From Pseudomonadota bacterium (GTDB lineage Bacteria > Bdellovibrionota_F > JAHFAK01 > JBDREC01), in contig JBDREC010000010.1 of the NCBI GenBank assembly GCA_043820105.1, forward strand, positions 124,001 to 174,602: a DNA stretch of 50,602 nucleotides, given 5' to 3'. Made by a program: the position numbers and the translations under genes. This document shows, piece after piece, positions 35,227-45,977 of the stretch; position 1 is the stretch's first letter, and every line of letters begins with the position of its first letter. The notes under the pieces were generated by a model that searched no databases, had not been told where the DNA came from, and saw only the letters and a program-made list of their open reading frames with translations.

Positions 35227-38200
35227 TAAGGTAAATCTGTAGAACATAATTCTATATATTTTTCATCTATGGTGTATTTTATGGGTTTTAGCATTGGTTC
35301 TAGTCTAGCTGGAATGCCATTTAATAGCCACAGTTGTTTTAGTTGGTTAAAGTCTGCTAGACCAAAGAGTTCATCTTTTCCATTATTAAAAATATATTGA
35401 TTCAAATTGTAATACTCCCTGACTAGTCTTTCCACATCTTTTTTTGTTGCCATATTTCCATCAAAATACTCAAAAGTTTCTCGTGAAATTGCCCAATATA
35501 AATAACTTAATCTGGCAGTAGAGAAAGCTCTGATAGCTTCTTTATACTTTAATTCTGCATAAAATAAATTTTCTTGATCATTGGCCTTATATATGTCCGT
35601 GACTGCATCAAGATAAATAAGCTCTTCATCACCTTCTTCCATGCCAACTCCAAAATCAACAAGGCCATCATCAGCTATTATTCGTTTTGACATTTTGGCT
35701 TTACCTGGTGCGAATATTGACCAAATGCCTAAAGCAATATCAGACTCGACATCCCCAACAAAATCTACAACATCTATAGCTCCTGGAATATATTTGGGTA
35801 GGAAGATGTGACCCATTTCAACTCCAAGTAAGCTACCAAATAAAACTGCAGCTCCCAATAAGATATAGCTGTTTGCAACCATAACAGCACTTGTTCCAGC
35901 TGCTACTGCGCCTCCTGCTGCAGTTGATTTTAGTGCAATGAGTGAGTTTATGGCCAGGCCCCCCATTGCAAATACAATGGAGGTTGAAATAGCATTTACT
36001 AATTCTTCTTTTAGTTCCATTCTATCATTTTCATGAAGTCCTCCAGCACTCATTGAATAAATGGTCACAGAGGCGGCTACTTCAAGTCCAAGTATAGCTA
36101 AAATTACAGGTGTTGAATTTAAAAATCTTACAAATTTTGAATTTAGTGCCCATCTGGCAACTTTTATTGTTGGTTTTAATGTTGCAGCTGTTGTTAGTCT
36201 TAGGGCTTCTCTTGCGAAAACAGCCATTTTAACAGTCCTTGGCCCAACTATTCCGGTTGCCGCTAATTTAGCGGCCGACACAGCCAAACGACCAATTGAT
36301 TTAATTAGTAGATCAACTTTAATGTTTTTTAAGTAGACAAATCTTTCAAATTCTTGATTTGTTATTATTTTACCAATTAACCTTCCCACATCACCAAGAA
36401 GCTTTCTTTCCTCTATTGTTTTCATTGATGATGACGTGTCCTCTATTCTTGACAGAGCCATAAATAAAGGCTCAGCCCTTATGCTGATTTGCTCAGCGAT
36501 GTCTTTGCCTCTGTTTGCTTTTTCCAGACCTTTAATTTCTTTTCTAAAATCATTTACACTAGCAATTAGGGCGTCTATATCATCAGACATTTTTTTCAAT
36601 TCATATAAGAGTTCATCTGACCTTGAAATATATTGGGCAGTATCAAGTTCAAGTAGTTCTAAAAGCTCAGGATCCAGGGAGCCTTCACGTCTGGCTATAG
36701 CTCTAAAGCCTTCTACTATTTCATCTACTTCAGATTCAGGTAAATGAGTTGAAACAATTGTTTCGTGTTTTGTTTTAAGAGAATCTCTGATTACCTCTAA
36801 TTCCTTTTTTATTTCATCAAGTCGTTCTGGAGAAAGGTTTTCACCTCTTCTGATTCCATGAGCTAAATTAAAAGAAACTCTACCAGATTGATCAAGTCTT
36901 GAAATTGAAAAATATCTTCTTAGTCTATCTAACTCTGATGGAGATATGGTTTTTTTGCGTAAAATTGTTTTAACAAGACTAAGTTCTGATGGTCTTAAGT
37001 TTGAGGTTTCCATTTCAATTCTACCAAGAAAATCTCTGAATAGTTTAAACCTTAGGTCAACAATTCGTTCTCTTGCTCCACTTGTTACAAGTCCTCTTGT
37101 TCTTGATTGAGTGCTTGCATCAGCAGCAGAATCGAGTGTTTCGGATAGATGTTTCAGGTCTTCTGCTTCCTCTAGATATCCAAGCTTTTCCAATTCCTTT
37201 GAGATAAATGACAAATTATCAGCCATGGTTTCAGGGCTCGCTATTGCATGAAAAAGCTTTTCTTCACTACTAGAAAGTCTCATTGTTTCTTTAAAGCTGA
37301 CTATTGCTTCATCTGAATACAATAATCGTTGTAGACCACGGAACTGTCTGCCCAGACTGGGCAATAGTTCTTTTATTTGGGTTACCATATCTTCAGTGAT
37401 AAGCAAGTCGCTATAGAACTCAAAATTTTTAAAGTAAGCATCAATATTTGGAAAGTTTTTTAATAGAGACATAACCATAATATAGTGATTTAGGGTTATT
37501 AAATTTGGTCCGGTAATCTTTGACGAAATATAAAGTTTCCATTTTTTATAGTTAGTCTTATCCTTTTTGGCTATAAACTCAATGGATCCAGGCCTTTTAT
37601 TTATTGTTGCTGCAGTATTTTGGGAGCCATTTAAAAGTTCATTAATAGTAGAAAAATTTTCCTCATTATTTTCTATTTCTCCTAAGTCACCTTCTGCTAC
37701 TTCGATTTCAACACGAATAAGGTCAGCAAAATCTTTTAACCTTGGATCATATTGAGCCGCATCAGGATTCGCCAATAAAGTTAGTAGCAGAGATTGGTTT
37801 AACCAATGGTTATATGGGGGTTGTTTGTTTGAAGAAGTGAAACTATCTAGCGCTGCCAGTACATACGCCGCTTCATAAAGCAAGTTTTCAACTTCTTTAT
37901 CTTTCACAGGCCTAAGTTTGAATTCTTCTTGCATTGAAAAATTATAATCAATATTTTGTGTATAAGCTGAATTGTTATTTAGCGTATCAGCTATACTATC
38001 TTTATGGGAATCCTTGAATTTTCCTTCTGACTTGTAAGAATCGAGAGCTTCTTGAGTAATAAGGATTAGATCTTTTCTAATGTCAGGAGAGACAGAATTA
38101 TATATTTGTGCTATTTCACATTTTCTGTCTTTTGGAAAGTAGCGCCTGTTAGCGTCACTTGAAATATTGCATGAAGCCCATACATTATATACTGTCCACG

Positions 38201-38990
38201 AATACTTGTCATATCTTATTGCTTGTATATCAGGGTAAATAATATTAACCTTATTGGGTTCAACGCCTGGAGCCAGCAAGGACTTTGCATAATTTTCAAT
38301 AACGTCTTTTTCGTATTCACTGTATTTATTTATAGCAGGAATAAGTGCCATTAGAGCACCTTGTAACATATACTCAGCTACACATTCTTTATCAACAAGA
38401 TTTGTCTCAAGTATTGAAATGGCTTCATTAATAAGGTTCCAGGAAAACCTGGGCATGCTGCGATTTAAGACTTTTGTTGTTTGCAGTTTTGGTATTATAT
38501 CGCCTTCTATGCTGAAAATTTCTTTTGCAGGGTTTGTATCATCAACTCTTTCTTTTAGCATTCTAATGGCTTTTAATATTTCAGCGTAAGCTCCGGCAAA
38601 GGCAAAATAAGTTTGATATTCAACTTTAATATCAGAACCTGTCAGTTGAGAACCAGGTTCAAAGTCAGTATCACACTCTTCTTGCTGCCAACTTTCATTA
38701 TTTTGATTAGCAGAAGCATTATCACTTGCATCTGGTTCAAAATAACAATCATCATCTCCTATGTAAGGGGCTTCATAATAGTCAGGTTCTATTTCTTTTC
38801 CATCTTCTAAGAATACTAGCTCAAGCTCTTCTTTTTCTATTTCTTGTGCTGAGACAATAGAAATTGCACTAATAATAGGAAGTAGATCTAGTTGGACAAA
38901 ACATAAGACAATGAAAACAGAAATTGCCTTTTTTATTGTTGGTTTTTTCCGTTTAAGCTCTCTCCCTATGCTATTAAAGATAATTTTCAT
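35220..38990 (-). CDS. Large hypothetical protein (about 1256 aa) with N-terminal signal/TM and C-terminal Gly/Ala-rich hydrophobic helices
   Basis: GGAGGTG RBS before ATG 38990; uninterrupted frame; no family recognised. Confidence 0.75.
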   Translation of the reverse strand: MKIIFNSIGRELKRKKPTIKKAISVFIVLCFVQLDLLPIISAISIVSAQEIEKEELELVFLEDGKEIEPDYYEAPYIGDDDCYFEPDASDNASANQNNESWQQEECDTDFEPGSQLTGSDIKVEYQTYFAFAGAYAEILKAIRMLKERVDDTNPAKEIFSIEGDIIPKLQTTKVLNRSMPRFSWNLINEAISILETNLVDKECVAEYMLQGALMALIPAINKYSEYEKDVIENYAKSLLAPGVEPNKVNIIYPDIQAIRYDKYSWTVYNVWASCNISSDANRRYFPKDRKCEIAQIYNSVSPDIRKDLILITQEALDSYKSEGKFKDSHKDSIADTLNNNSAYTQNIDYNFSMQEEFKLRPVKDKEVENLLYEAAYVLAALDSFTSSNKQPPYNHWLNQSLLLTLLANPDAAQYDPRLKDFADLIRVEIEVAEGDLGEIENNEENFSTINELLNGSQNTAATINKRPGSIEFIAKKDKTNYKKWKLYISSKITGPNLITLNHYIMVMSLLKNFPNIDAYFKNFEFYSDLLITEDMVTQIKELLPSLGRQFRGLQRLLYSDEAIVSFKETMRLSSSEEKLFHAIASPETMADNLSFISKELEKLGYLEEAEDLKHLSETLDSAADASTQSRTRGLVTSGARERIVDLRFKLFRDFLGRIEMETSNLRPSELSLVKTILRKKTISPSELDRLRRYFSISRLDQSGRVSFNLAHGIRRGENLSPERLDEIKKELEVIRDSLKTKHETIVSTHLPESEVDEIVEGFRAIARREGSLDPELLELLELDTAQYISRSDELLYELKKMSDDIDALIASVNDFRKEIKGLEKANRGKDIAEQISIRAEPLFMALSRIEDTSSSMKTIEERKLLGDVGRLIGKIITNQEFERFVYLKNIKVDLLIKSIGRLAVSAAKLAATGIVGPRTVKMAVFAREALRLTTAATLKPTIKVARWALNSKFVRFLNSTPVILAILGLEVAASVTIYSMSAGGLHENDRMELKEELVNAISTSIVFAMGGLAINSLIALKSTAAGGAVAAGTSAVMVANSYILLGAAVLFGSLLGVEMGHIFLPKYIPGAIDVVDFVGDVESDIALGIWSIFAPGKAKMSKRIIADDGLVDFGVGMEEGDEELIYLDAVTDIYKANDQENLFYAELKYKEAIRAFSTARLSYLYWAISRETFEYFDGNMATKKDVERLVREYYNLNQYIFNNGKDELFGLADFNQLKQLWLLNGIPARLEPMLKPIKYTIDEKYIELCSTDLPYH

Positions 38991-39312
38991 AGCACCTCCC
39001 AAAATTTGGTTATTAAACTCATCCCCGCATAAATTTATAATATATTTGTTTATGCCTGTTTTGTTTTTTTGACCGGCGGTTTCCGAGTCTGGATATAATC
39101 CTCATAAAAGGATTTTTTGTAGTAGAACTTAATCGTTCAGTTTTTGAAGAGAGTGTTTGATAATGTGAACCTAGTTTGCTCCCAAATCTTTATGCGTTGC
39201 AAATTCAAAATGTAGATTCAACTTCCCCTAATATTAAAAAACCGAAACTGATAACAGCTCCGAGCAATTTATCTATAGCATGTAATTTTGATTATTGCAA
39301 GAAAAAAATCAA

Positions 39313-42300
39313 CTATTCAAGCTTTTTTAATTCAAGGTTAATATCCTCAATTAATTTTTTAAATCCAGTGCTTTCAGCGATTTCAAGACCTCTTGCAAAA
39401 TAATCATTGGCTTTTTCTTTGTTTCCTTCCTTGGAATATGTAATGCCAAGGTAATAAAGACCCATGGGAAGGGATCTGTTGAAATTGCATTTTTTAGAAA
39501 GGTTTATACCATCATTTATAATTTCTCTGCCTTTTGTAGAATCTTCTGATTCAATAATAAACTTGAGAAAGCCCACATATATAAGGTTTTGAGCCGTTCC
39601 TTCTTTCCAGCCCGTCTCTTGTGATATTGGTAGAGACTGTTCAAAGCTTGATAGAGCTTCAGTATACATTTCTCTTTCATAGTAAAGTTCGCCAATATTG
39701 TGAAGATTTCGGCTTACACCAATTTTGTCACCCACCTCTCTGGCTATTCTCAGGGACTGATTATAATAATCAAGACTATTATCATAATCTTTTTGGAAGG
39801 AGTAGACTATGCCAATATTGCCCAGAACAGAAAGGATGGTTGCTTTGTCTGAAAGCTCTTTAGCAATAATTAAGGCTTTATCATAACACTCTAGGGCTTT
39901 ATCATATTCTCCGGTGAATAGAGATGATGTGCCTAATACTCGATTTATTTCACCAGTCTGTTTCATGTTTTCCATGTCTTCAGATATTTTTAAAGCTTCT
40001 TCAAGATGTTTTTCGGCTTTCTCCGGGTTTCCAAGGCGTTCGTAAATTTGACCCAACTGTTTTTTACATTGGACAGAATAATGTTTAAGATCAGTTTCTT
40101 CGGTTAGCTTAAGGGTTTCATTTAAGGTGCTAATAGCCTTTTCCCATTCACCTGCTAAGAAAGAGCAATTAGAAACTCCAAGCATAGCTTCAGCCAGTGA
40201 TTCATTGTTTCCAAGGGATAAGGCCAGTTCCTTTAACGCTTCATAGATTTCTTGTGCTCTGTGAAGATCTCCTTTTTGAACAGACGTTTGACCAAATTTA
40301 AGATAAATTTCTAATAATTTTTCTTTATATGTAACGGGATCAAGAATTTCTTTTTCAATTCCATCTTTAATACGATTTATTAATGTGTAATAATATTCTG
40401 AAGCACCCTCTAGTTGAAAGTCATTCTGAAGCTTATTGGCAGCTTTTTCTAGATAATAAACAGCTTTTTCTTCGTCATCAGTTTTTTGAAAGTGGTGACA
40501 AAGCAACTCAAAGTTTTCTGCCAATCTGTCTTTATATAGTTTTTCAATAGCGAAACCACATTGTTTGTGGAGAATTTTAATATTTTTCTTTAGAATTGAA
40601 GAGTAACCAACTTCAACCAGCAAAAGACTTTTAAAAGAATATATTAACTCCGGAGAAGTGCTAACTATCATTAATATATCTCTTTCTTTTAATATCTGAA
40701 TGTTTTTATCTAGATTTTGGTAATCTGGTAAAAATACATTTAATAGACCATATTTAAATTCTCTGCCAATTACAGATAGATGTTGTAGTAGTTTTTTCGC
40801 AGTATCAGGAAGTCTGTCAATTCTTGATGCTATTAAACTGTGAATGTTTTGAGGAATTTCAGATTCTTCTTCTACAGACATTTTTAATTCCCAGCAGCCT
40901 TCCTCTGTTTCAATTATTTTTTTATCTTCAACAAAGGATTTAATAATTTCTTCAGCGAAAAGTGGATTTCCGCCAGATCTTTCCCATAATAATGTTTTAA
41001 TTCTTCTGTTAACATTTTTTGATCCTAAAATAGCCTCTACAAGTTCATAAAGTTTATCTTTGTCAAAAGGGTCAATTGAAATTATTGTTTGATTTGTCTC
41101 TACACCTAAATCACCCAGTGTTTTTTGACGTGCGGCAAATAGTGCTAAAAGCTTTTCATGCTCAATGTCCTCAGTTAAGAATACAAGAAACTCTTTTGAC
41201 AATGGATCTATCCATTGTAAGTTATCAATGCAAATGATTGTTGGTTTAACTCTGGATATTTTCTGGAAGAGACTTTTTAGGGCAATGAAAGTTGAAATTT
41301 TCTTTTTAGCTTCATCAAAAAATTGAATATTAGAATCTGCGTATTTTAATGAAAATAAAGAACCAATAAAATGAATTTCATTTTTATCAAGCCCCCAACC
41401 TTTTAATACTTCAACTTTCTTTTTTAAAGCTTCTTCATCATCGGAGTCTTCAAATTTCAGAAAAGTTCTTAAAATTATAGTAACGGGGTAGTATGATATT
41501 TCCATAGAATGCGATAAACATTGGGCTCTGAAAATTCTGAATTCAGAATCTTCTTTTTCTAGAGAGTCGAAAAATTCGCCAATAAGACGACTTTTTCCAA
41601 CACCAGCTTCACCAACGATATAGCTAACTTGACCCTTTGAAGATAATGCTTTTTCTTTTAACTCAAGTAATTTTTCAATTTCTGCTCTTCTATTAATGAA
41701 GTCCCATCTGTAATCTACGTTAATTTTTTCTTCTTTTTTCTCACCTTCTACAGAGTAGCATTTAACTTTATCTTTTTTGCCTTTAACTGCAATTGGATCA
41801 AGTTCATGGAATTCAAATAAATCTCTTGTTGCTTTATATACATTATTTCCAACTAAAACCTGACCTCTGGCTGCAGCACTTTCTAATCTTTGGGCAAGGT
41901 TAACGGTATCACCCATAACCGTATATTCTTTACGCATAGCAGAGCCAACAATACCTGCAAAAACTTTTCCGCTATTGACTCCAATACTAATGCCTAGTGG
42001 TTTTTCTAGTTTTTTCTTTTTGTTAAATTCTTCTAATCCCCTTAACATGCCAAGTGTACATCTAACAGCTCTTTCAGGATCATTTTCATGTGCGACAGGT
42101 GCCCCAAAAATAGCCATAACACAATCACCAATAAACTTATTAACCATGCCACCATATTTATCAACCATGTGAACGAGGAACTGAAAGCATTCATTCATGA
42201 GTGCAGTAACTTCTTCAGGATCCATGTTTTCACTCATTGATGTAAAACCACTAATATCAGCAAATATTACTGTAACATTTTTCATTTCCTCTTCCATTGT

Positions 42301-42861
42301 TCCTTTTTGCATGATCTGCTTAACAATGTGTTCTGGAAGATATTTGCCGAGTTCTGACCTAATAGCGCTTTTTGCATCACCCTGGTTGCCGGATTGTTCA
42401 TTTTCTTCTGTGTTTTGGTCTTCTGGTTTCTTTTTCTCTTGAAGTGCTGTTTGTGCAGCTACAGAAGGACTTGTTTCTTGTTGTGCATATTCTGCTTGAG
42501 TGGTTTCAGAAGAGTAAGTTTGTCTTTCAACGTTTGGCGCCTGTACAGGAGGAGGAGTTTGTGTTTGGGATTGTTGTTGAAATTGTCCCCCTTGCTGTGG
42601 AGGTGCCTGATATGCTTGTTGAAAAGGCGCTTGCCCTTGAGCATATTGCTGTTGATATTGTGGTCCATAGTATGGTAACTGAGGAGGTACAGGAGTGGCG
42701 TTAGGGTTAACTTTATAACCACATATATGACAAAAATTTGCACCTGGTAATGATTTTGTGCCACATCCAGGACATAAATAATCTTTAATTATTTTTGAGC
42801 CACACTGTGAACAAAAATTACTACTGTCAGGATTATCTTTACCGCAAAAATTACAAAACAT
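39313..42861 (-). CDS. Class III adenylate/guanylate cyclase with double zinc ribbon, AAA ATPase and TPR domains
   Basis: Four CxxC pairs; FADISGFT, KFIGDC, GDTVNLAQRL; GEAGVGKSR; GGNPLF; C-terminal TPRs. Confidence 0.93.
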   Translation of the reverse strand: MFCNFCGKDNPDSSNFCSQCGSKIIKDYLCPGCGTKSLPGANFCHICGYKVNPNATPVPPQLPYYGPQYQQQYAQGQAPFQQAYQAPPQQGGQFQQQSQTQTPPPVQAPNVERQTYSSETTQAEYAQQETSPSVAAQTALQEKKKPEDQNTEENEQSGNQGDAKSAIRSELGKYLPEHIVKQIMQKGTMEEEMKNVTVIFADISGFTSMSENMDPEEVTALMNECFQFLVHMVDKYGGMVNKFIGDCVMAIFGAPVAHENDPERAVRCTLGMLRGLEEFNKKKKLEKPLGISIGVNSGKVFAGIVGSAMRKEYTVMGDTVNLAQRLESAAARGQVLVGNNVYKATRDLFEFHELDPIAVKGKKDKVKCYSVEGEKKEEKINVDYRWDFINRRAEIEKLLELKEKALSSKGQVSYIVGEAGVGKSRLIGEFFDSLEKEDSEFRIFRAQCLSHSMEISYYPVTIILRTFLKFEDSDDEEALKKKVEVLKGWGLDKNEIHFIGSLFSLKYADSNIQFFDEAKKKISTFIALKSLFQKISRVKPTIICIDNLQWIDPLSKEFLVFLTEDIEHEKLLALFAARQKTLGDLGVETNQTIISIDPFDKDKLYELVEAILGSKNVNRRIKTLLWERSGGNPLFAEEIIKSFVEDKKIIETEEGCWELKMSVEEESEIPQNIHSLIASRIDRLPDTAKKLLQHLSVIGREFKYGLLNVFLPDYQNLDKNIQILKERDILMIVSTSPELIYSFKSLLLVEVGYSSILKKNIKILHKQCGFAIEKLYKDRLAENFELLCHHFQKTDDEEKAVYYLEKAANKLQNDFQLEGASEYYYTLINRIKDGIEKEILDPVTYKEKLLEIYLKFGQTSVQKGDLHRAQEIYEALKELALSLGNNESLAEAMLGVSNCSFLAGEWEKAISTLNETLKLTEETDLKHYSVQCKKQLGQIYERLGNPEKAEKHLEEALKISEDMENMKQTGEINRVLGTSSLFTGEYDKALECYDKALIIAKELSDKATILSVLGNIGIVYSFQKDYDNSLDYYNQSLRIAREVGDKIGVSRNLHNIGELYYEREMYTEALSSFEQSLPISQETGWKEGTAQNLIYVGFLKFIIESEDSTKGREIINDGINLSKKCNFNRSLPMGLYYLGITYSKEGNKEKANDYFARGLEIAESTGFKKLIEDINLELKKLE

Positions 42862-42973
42862 AATATAAATTCATTATTTAAACTTATTTGTATGATAAAA
42901 ATAATTTAATATAAAATGCAATTGTTATTTTGAAGAAATTAAAGAAATAAATTGAATTCATAATGTGAATTTG

Positions 42974-43257
42974 TCAGCGTTTTCTTTTAAAACGGTTGTG
43001 GATAAAATTATCAAATTCATCAATTGTTCTAATTGAATCTATGCCTTTCTTTTTCTGACTAGCTATTTTTTCATTTCCCTTTTTGAAATTTCCTGTTAAT
43101 TTAGCCATTATCATTTGCATATCTTCCAAGGAAGCTTGTTTGGCATCTTCAATGAAATCAGCTGCATCGATGCCTTTTAAAGTCATTACAGTCCTGTTTT
43201 TCCAGAAGATAAATACTTTATTATCTTTTAAATTTTATATGTAAAATCTTTAAGCAT
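42974..43257 (-). pseudogene. Small conserved-looking hypothetical gene with a 1-bp frameshift near 43230
   Basis: AAGGA RBS then MLKDFTYKI-stop; the shifted frame continues LKDNKVFIFWKNRTVMTLKG...MAKLTGNFKKGNEK. Confidence 0.6.
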
Positions 43258-43426
43258 TAAATATCTTTCCTTTTCTGAAAAAAAGGATAATTTAAAAAAA
43301 TAAAATGAAAAGTCTATAACAATGTAGAATATATATTTAGAAAAGTTTTATAGACATTTGTTTAAAAAAAAATATTATTACCACAATACAAACGTGAATG
43401 ACTTTAATTATTGGTCGGAGATTTTT

Positions 43427-44503
43427 ATGAGTTTTGATTTAAAAAAACTTATTGTAGATGTTTTTCATCCGGAAGCAGATGAAGTTATTCTTGTACTAGT
43501 GGATGAACCATTAGAATCAAAAGATGATCATCCTCTTTGGCTTCAAAGAAGGCAAATGGCTCAAAAGTGGCATGAAACATTTGAAATTTTATCAAAGGAG
43601 ATTGGATTTTCTACCCTTCCTTTACTTTCCTATCCTGCAACATGTAAACACAATTATGATTTAGATCTTTCAACAGGTTCTCCAATTTCACTAAATGAAG
43701 CATTTGAAAAGGCAAGTTTGGTTGTTGCTTTGACTGAGTATTCAGCTACAGCGACCCTTGCTAAATTGACAGATAAAAAGAAAGATTTCAGAGCTGCATC
43801 TATGCCACTAGCTGAAAAACGAATGGAGCAAACAGCCTTATCTGCAGACTATAAAGAGATTGCGAGAAGGTGTCAGGTTTTGGTTGAGTGTTTAGAAGAT
43901 GCCCAATCTTGCGAATTGGCATTTTCCACAGGCCATAAAATGTTTTTTGACCTTAGGTATAATGAGGTGAGGTTTGAAGATGGACAGCTGCCAAGGAATA
44001 AGAAAGGACTACGGGTTGTAAATTTGCCTAGTGGCGAAGTCAGCAAGGTTCCTTATGAGGGCGAAAAGTATGGGGATCCTAGTAAAACAGAAGGTCAGAT
44101 ACCTGTAATGTATGAGCAGGAAATAATTGTTCATGATGTGAAAAAAAACAGAATCGTAAACACCTTTGGTGATGGCAATCAGGCTCTAATTTGGCATGAA
44201 TTTTTCAGTTTAGATCCCGCAAGGTGTAATATCGCAGAGTTTGGTATTGGATGTAACCCCAGGGCCATTGTTACTGGCAATTTACTTGAAGATGAAAAAT
44301 CTGGGTTTCACTGGTCATATGGAAGGTCAGATTTTTTAGGTGGGATTACATATCCTCATAATTTTAAAAAGCCAGCCTATGTTGTTCATACTCCTGTAAT
44401 ATATGCTGTTGAAAGTCCTATTCAAATCGATAGTCTTGTTTTAAACTATGAAGGAAATTTATCAAAGATGATCATTAAAGAAAAAAGCTTTATAATTTTT
44501 TAA
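43427..44503 (+). CDS. M29 (thermophilic metalloprotease/aminopeptidase)-like protein
   Basis: NLPSGEV, IAEFGIGCN and EDEK.GFHWSYG motifs; GGAG RBS before ATG 43427. Confidence 0.75.
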   Translation: MSFDLKKLIVDVFHPEADEVILVLVDEPLESKDDHPLWLQRRQMAQKWHETFEILSKEIGFSTLPLLSYPATCKHNYDLDLSTGSPISLNEAFEKASLVVALTEYSATATLAKLTDKKKDFRAASMPLAEKRMEQTALSADYKEIARRCQVLVECLEDAQSCELAFSTGHKMFFDLRYNEVRFEDGQLPRNKKGLRVVNLPSGEVSKVPYEGEKYGDPSKTEGQIPVMYEQEIIVHDVKKNRIVNTFGDGNQALIWHEFFSLDPARCNIAEFGIGCNPRAIVTGNLLEDEKSGFHWSYGRSDFLGGITYPHNFKKPAYVVHTPVIYAVESPIQIDSLVLNYEGNLSKMIIKEKSFIIF

Positions 44504-44504
44504 A

Positions 44505-45977
44505 CTAGTCCTTTTTTTTATAAGTAATAATTGGTTTTCGCGCAGCAACAACTTCATCTAGTCTTTTTATTGGAAGGTTATGAGGGGCTTTTTTAACAAA
44601 TTCAGGATTATCTTTTATCTCATCAATTATCTGGTAAACAACATTAATAAAGTTATCTAAAGATCTTTTTGATTCTGTTTCACAGGGTTCAATCATTATT
44701 GCCCCGTGTACAATTAATGGAAAAAATACAGTTGGAGCATGAGTTCCATAATCTAAAAGTCTTTTCGCAAAATCCATGGTCGTTACACCATATTCTTTAA
44801 AGGATGCATCAGAGAAAACACATTCGTGCATTGTGTTTTGGGCAAAAGGAAGATGAAGAACTTTTTCAAGTTTAGCTTTAATATAGGAAGCATTTAATAC
44901 GGCGTTTTCAGCAATTTGTGAAAAACCATCATTTCCAACATTATAAATATAAGATAAGGCTCTTAATAAAACACCAAAGTTGCCATAAAATGTTGAAACT
45001 TTTCCAATTGTATTTGGATTACTACTATCAAAATATAAATTTGCTTTAGAGTCAGTTTTAATTATTGGAATTGGTAGAAACTGTTTTAATGTGCTTGTTA
45101 CACCAACAGGTCCTGATCCTGGGCCACCTCCACCATGTGGAGTTGAAAATGTTTTATGCAGATTAAGATGTAAGACGTCAATACCCATTTTTGCGATGTT
45201 GGCAATACCGATAATTGCATTAAAATTCGCTCCATCCATATAGACTAAGGCATTTTGCTCATGAATTATCTTTGAGATTTCACAAATATCTGATTCGAAA
45301 ATTCCAAGAGTATTTGGATTAGTAATCATTATGCAGGCTACTTCTTTATCCATCTTTTTATTAAGGTCTTCAAGGTCAATTGTACCCTTGTCATTTGATT
45401 TGATTTGAACAACATTATATCCACAAAGAGCAGCAGAAGCTGGGTTTGTGCCATGTGCTGTATCTGGAATTAAAACTTTAGTTTTGTTGGATTTGTTGTG
45501 CTTGTGGTACGCTGCTATCATTTTCATGCCAGCTAATTCGCCATGAGCTCCAGCACAGGGTTGCAGCGAAAAAGCATCCATACCCGTAAGGCGACATAAA
45601 TGATTTTCGAGTTCATGGATTATTTTCAAAGAGCCTTGGCTTAATTCATCCTCTAGCATTGGGTGATGTGATGCAAAAGAAGAAGTTCTCGCAATCACCT
45701 CATTTATTTTTGGATTATATTTCATGGTACACGAGCCGAGAGGATAAATGTCCAGGTCTAGAGAATAATTCTTTTTTGAAAGCCTTGTGAAATGTCTAGC
45801 AATTTCTGGTTCAGACAGGTTTGGCAAATCTATGTTTTCTCTTTGAAGTTCTTTTGGGAGGTCTTCTGCTTTTATTTCACTTGAATCTGGGACAAAAAAA
45901 CTTTCTTTTTCTTTATTTCCAATTTCAAATATAAGAGGTTCGTCGTGACAGATTGTTTTATTTATTTTCAAACTCAT
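44505..45977 (-). CDS. gcvPB: Glycine dehydrogenase subunit 2
   Basis: YPLGSCTMKYNPK, AHGTNPASA and LNLHKTFSTPHGGGGPG motifs. Confidence 0.97.
   Translation of the reverse strand: MSLKINKTICHDEPLIFEIGNKEKESFFVPDSSEIKAEDLPKELQRENIDLPNLSEPEIARHFTRLSKKNYSLDLDIYPLGSCTMKYNPKINEVIARTSSFASHHPMLEDELSQGSLKIIHELENHLCRLTGMDAFSLQPCAGAHGELAGMKMIAAYHKHNKSNKTKVLIPDTAHGTNPASAALCGYNVVQIKSNDKGTIDLEDLNKKMDKEVACIMITNPNTLGIFESDICEISKIIHEQNALVYMDGANFNAIIGIANIAKMGIDVLHLNLHKTFSTPHGGGGPGSGPVGVTSTLKQFLPIPIIKTDSKANLYFDSSNPNTIGKVSTFYGNFGVLLRALSYIYNVGNDGFSQIAENAVLNASYIKAKLEKVLHLPFAQNTMHECVFSDASFKEYGVTTMDFAKRLLDYGTHAPTVFFPLIVHGAIMIEPCETESKRSLDNFINVVYQIIDEIKDNPEFVKKAPHNLPIKRLDEVVAARKPIITYKKKD

Noticed and set aside
42380-42700. 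Several overlapping short ORFs over the Q/P-rich cyclase linker
   Set aside because: Shadow frames of a low-complexity coding region; the other short antisense ORFs in the track were dismissed for the same reason
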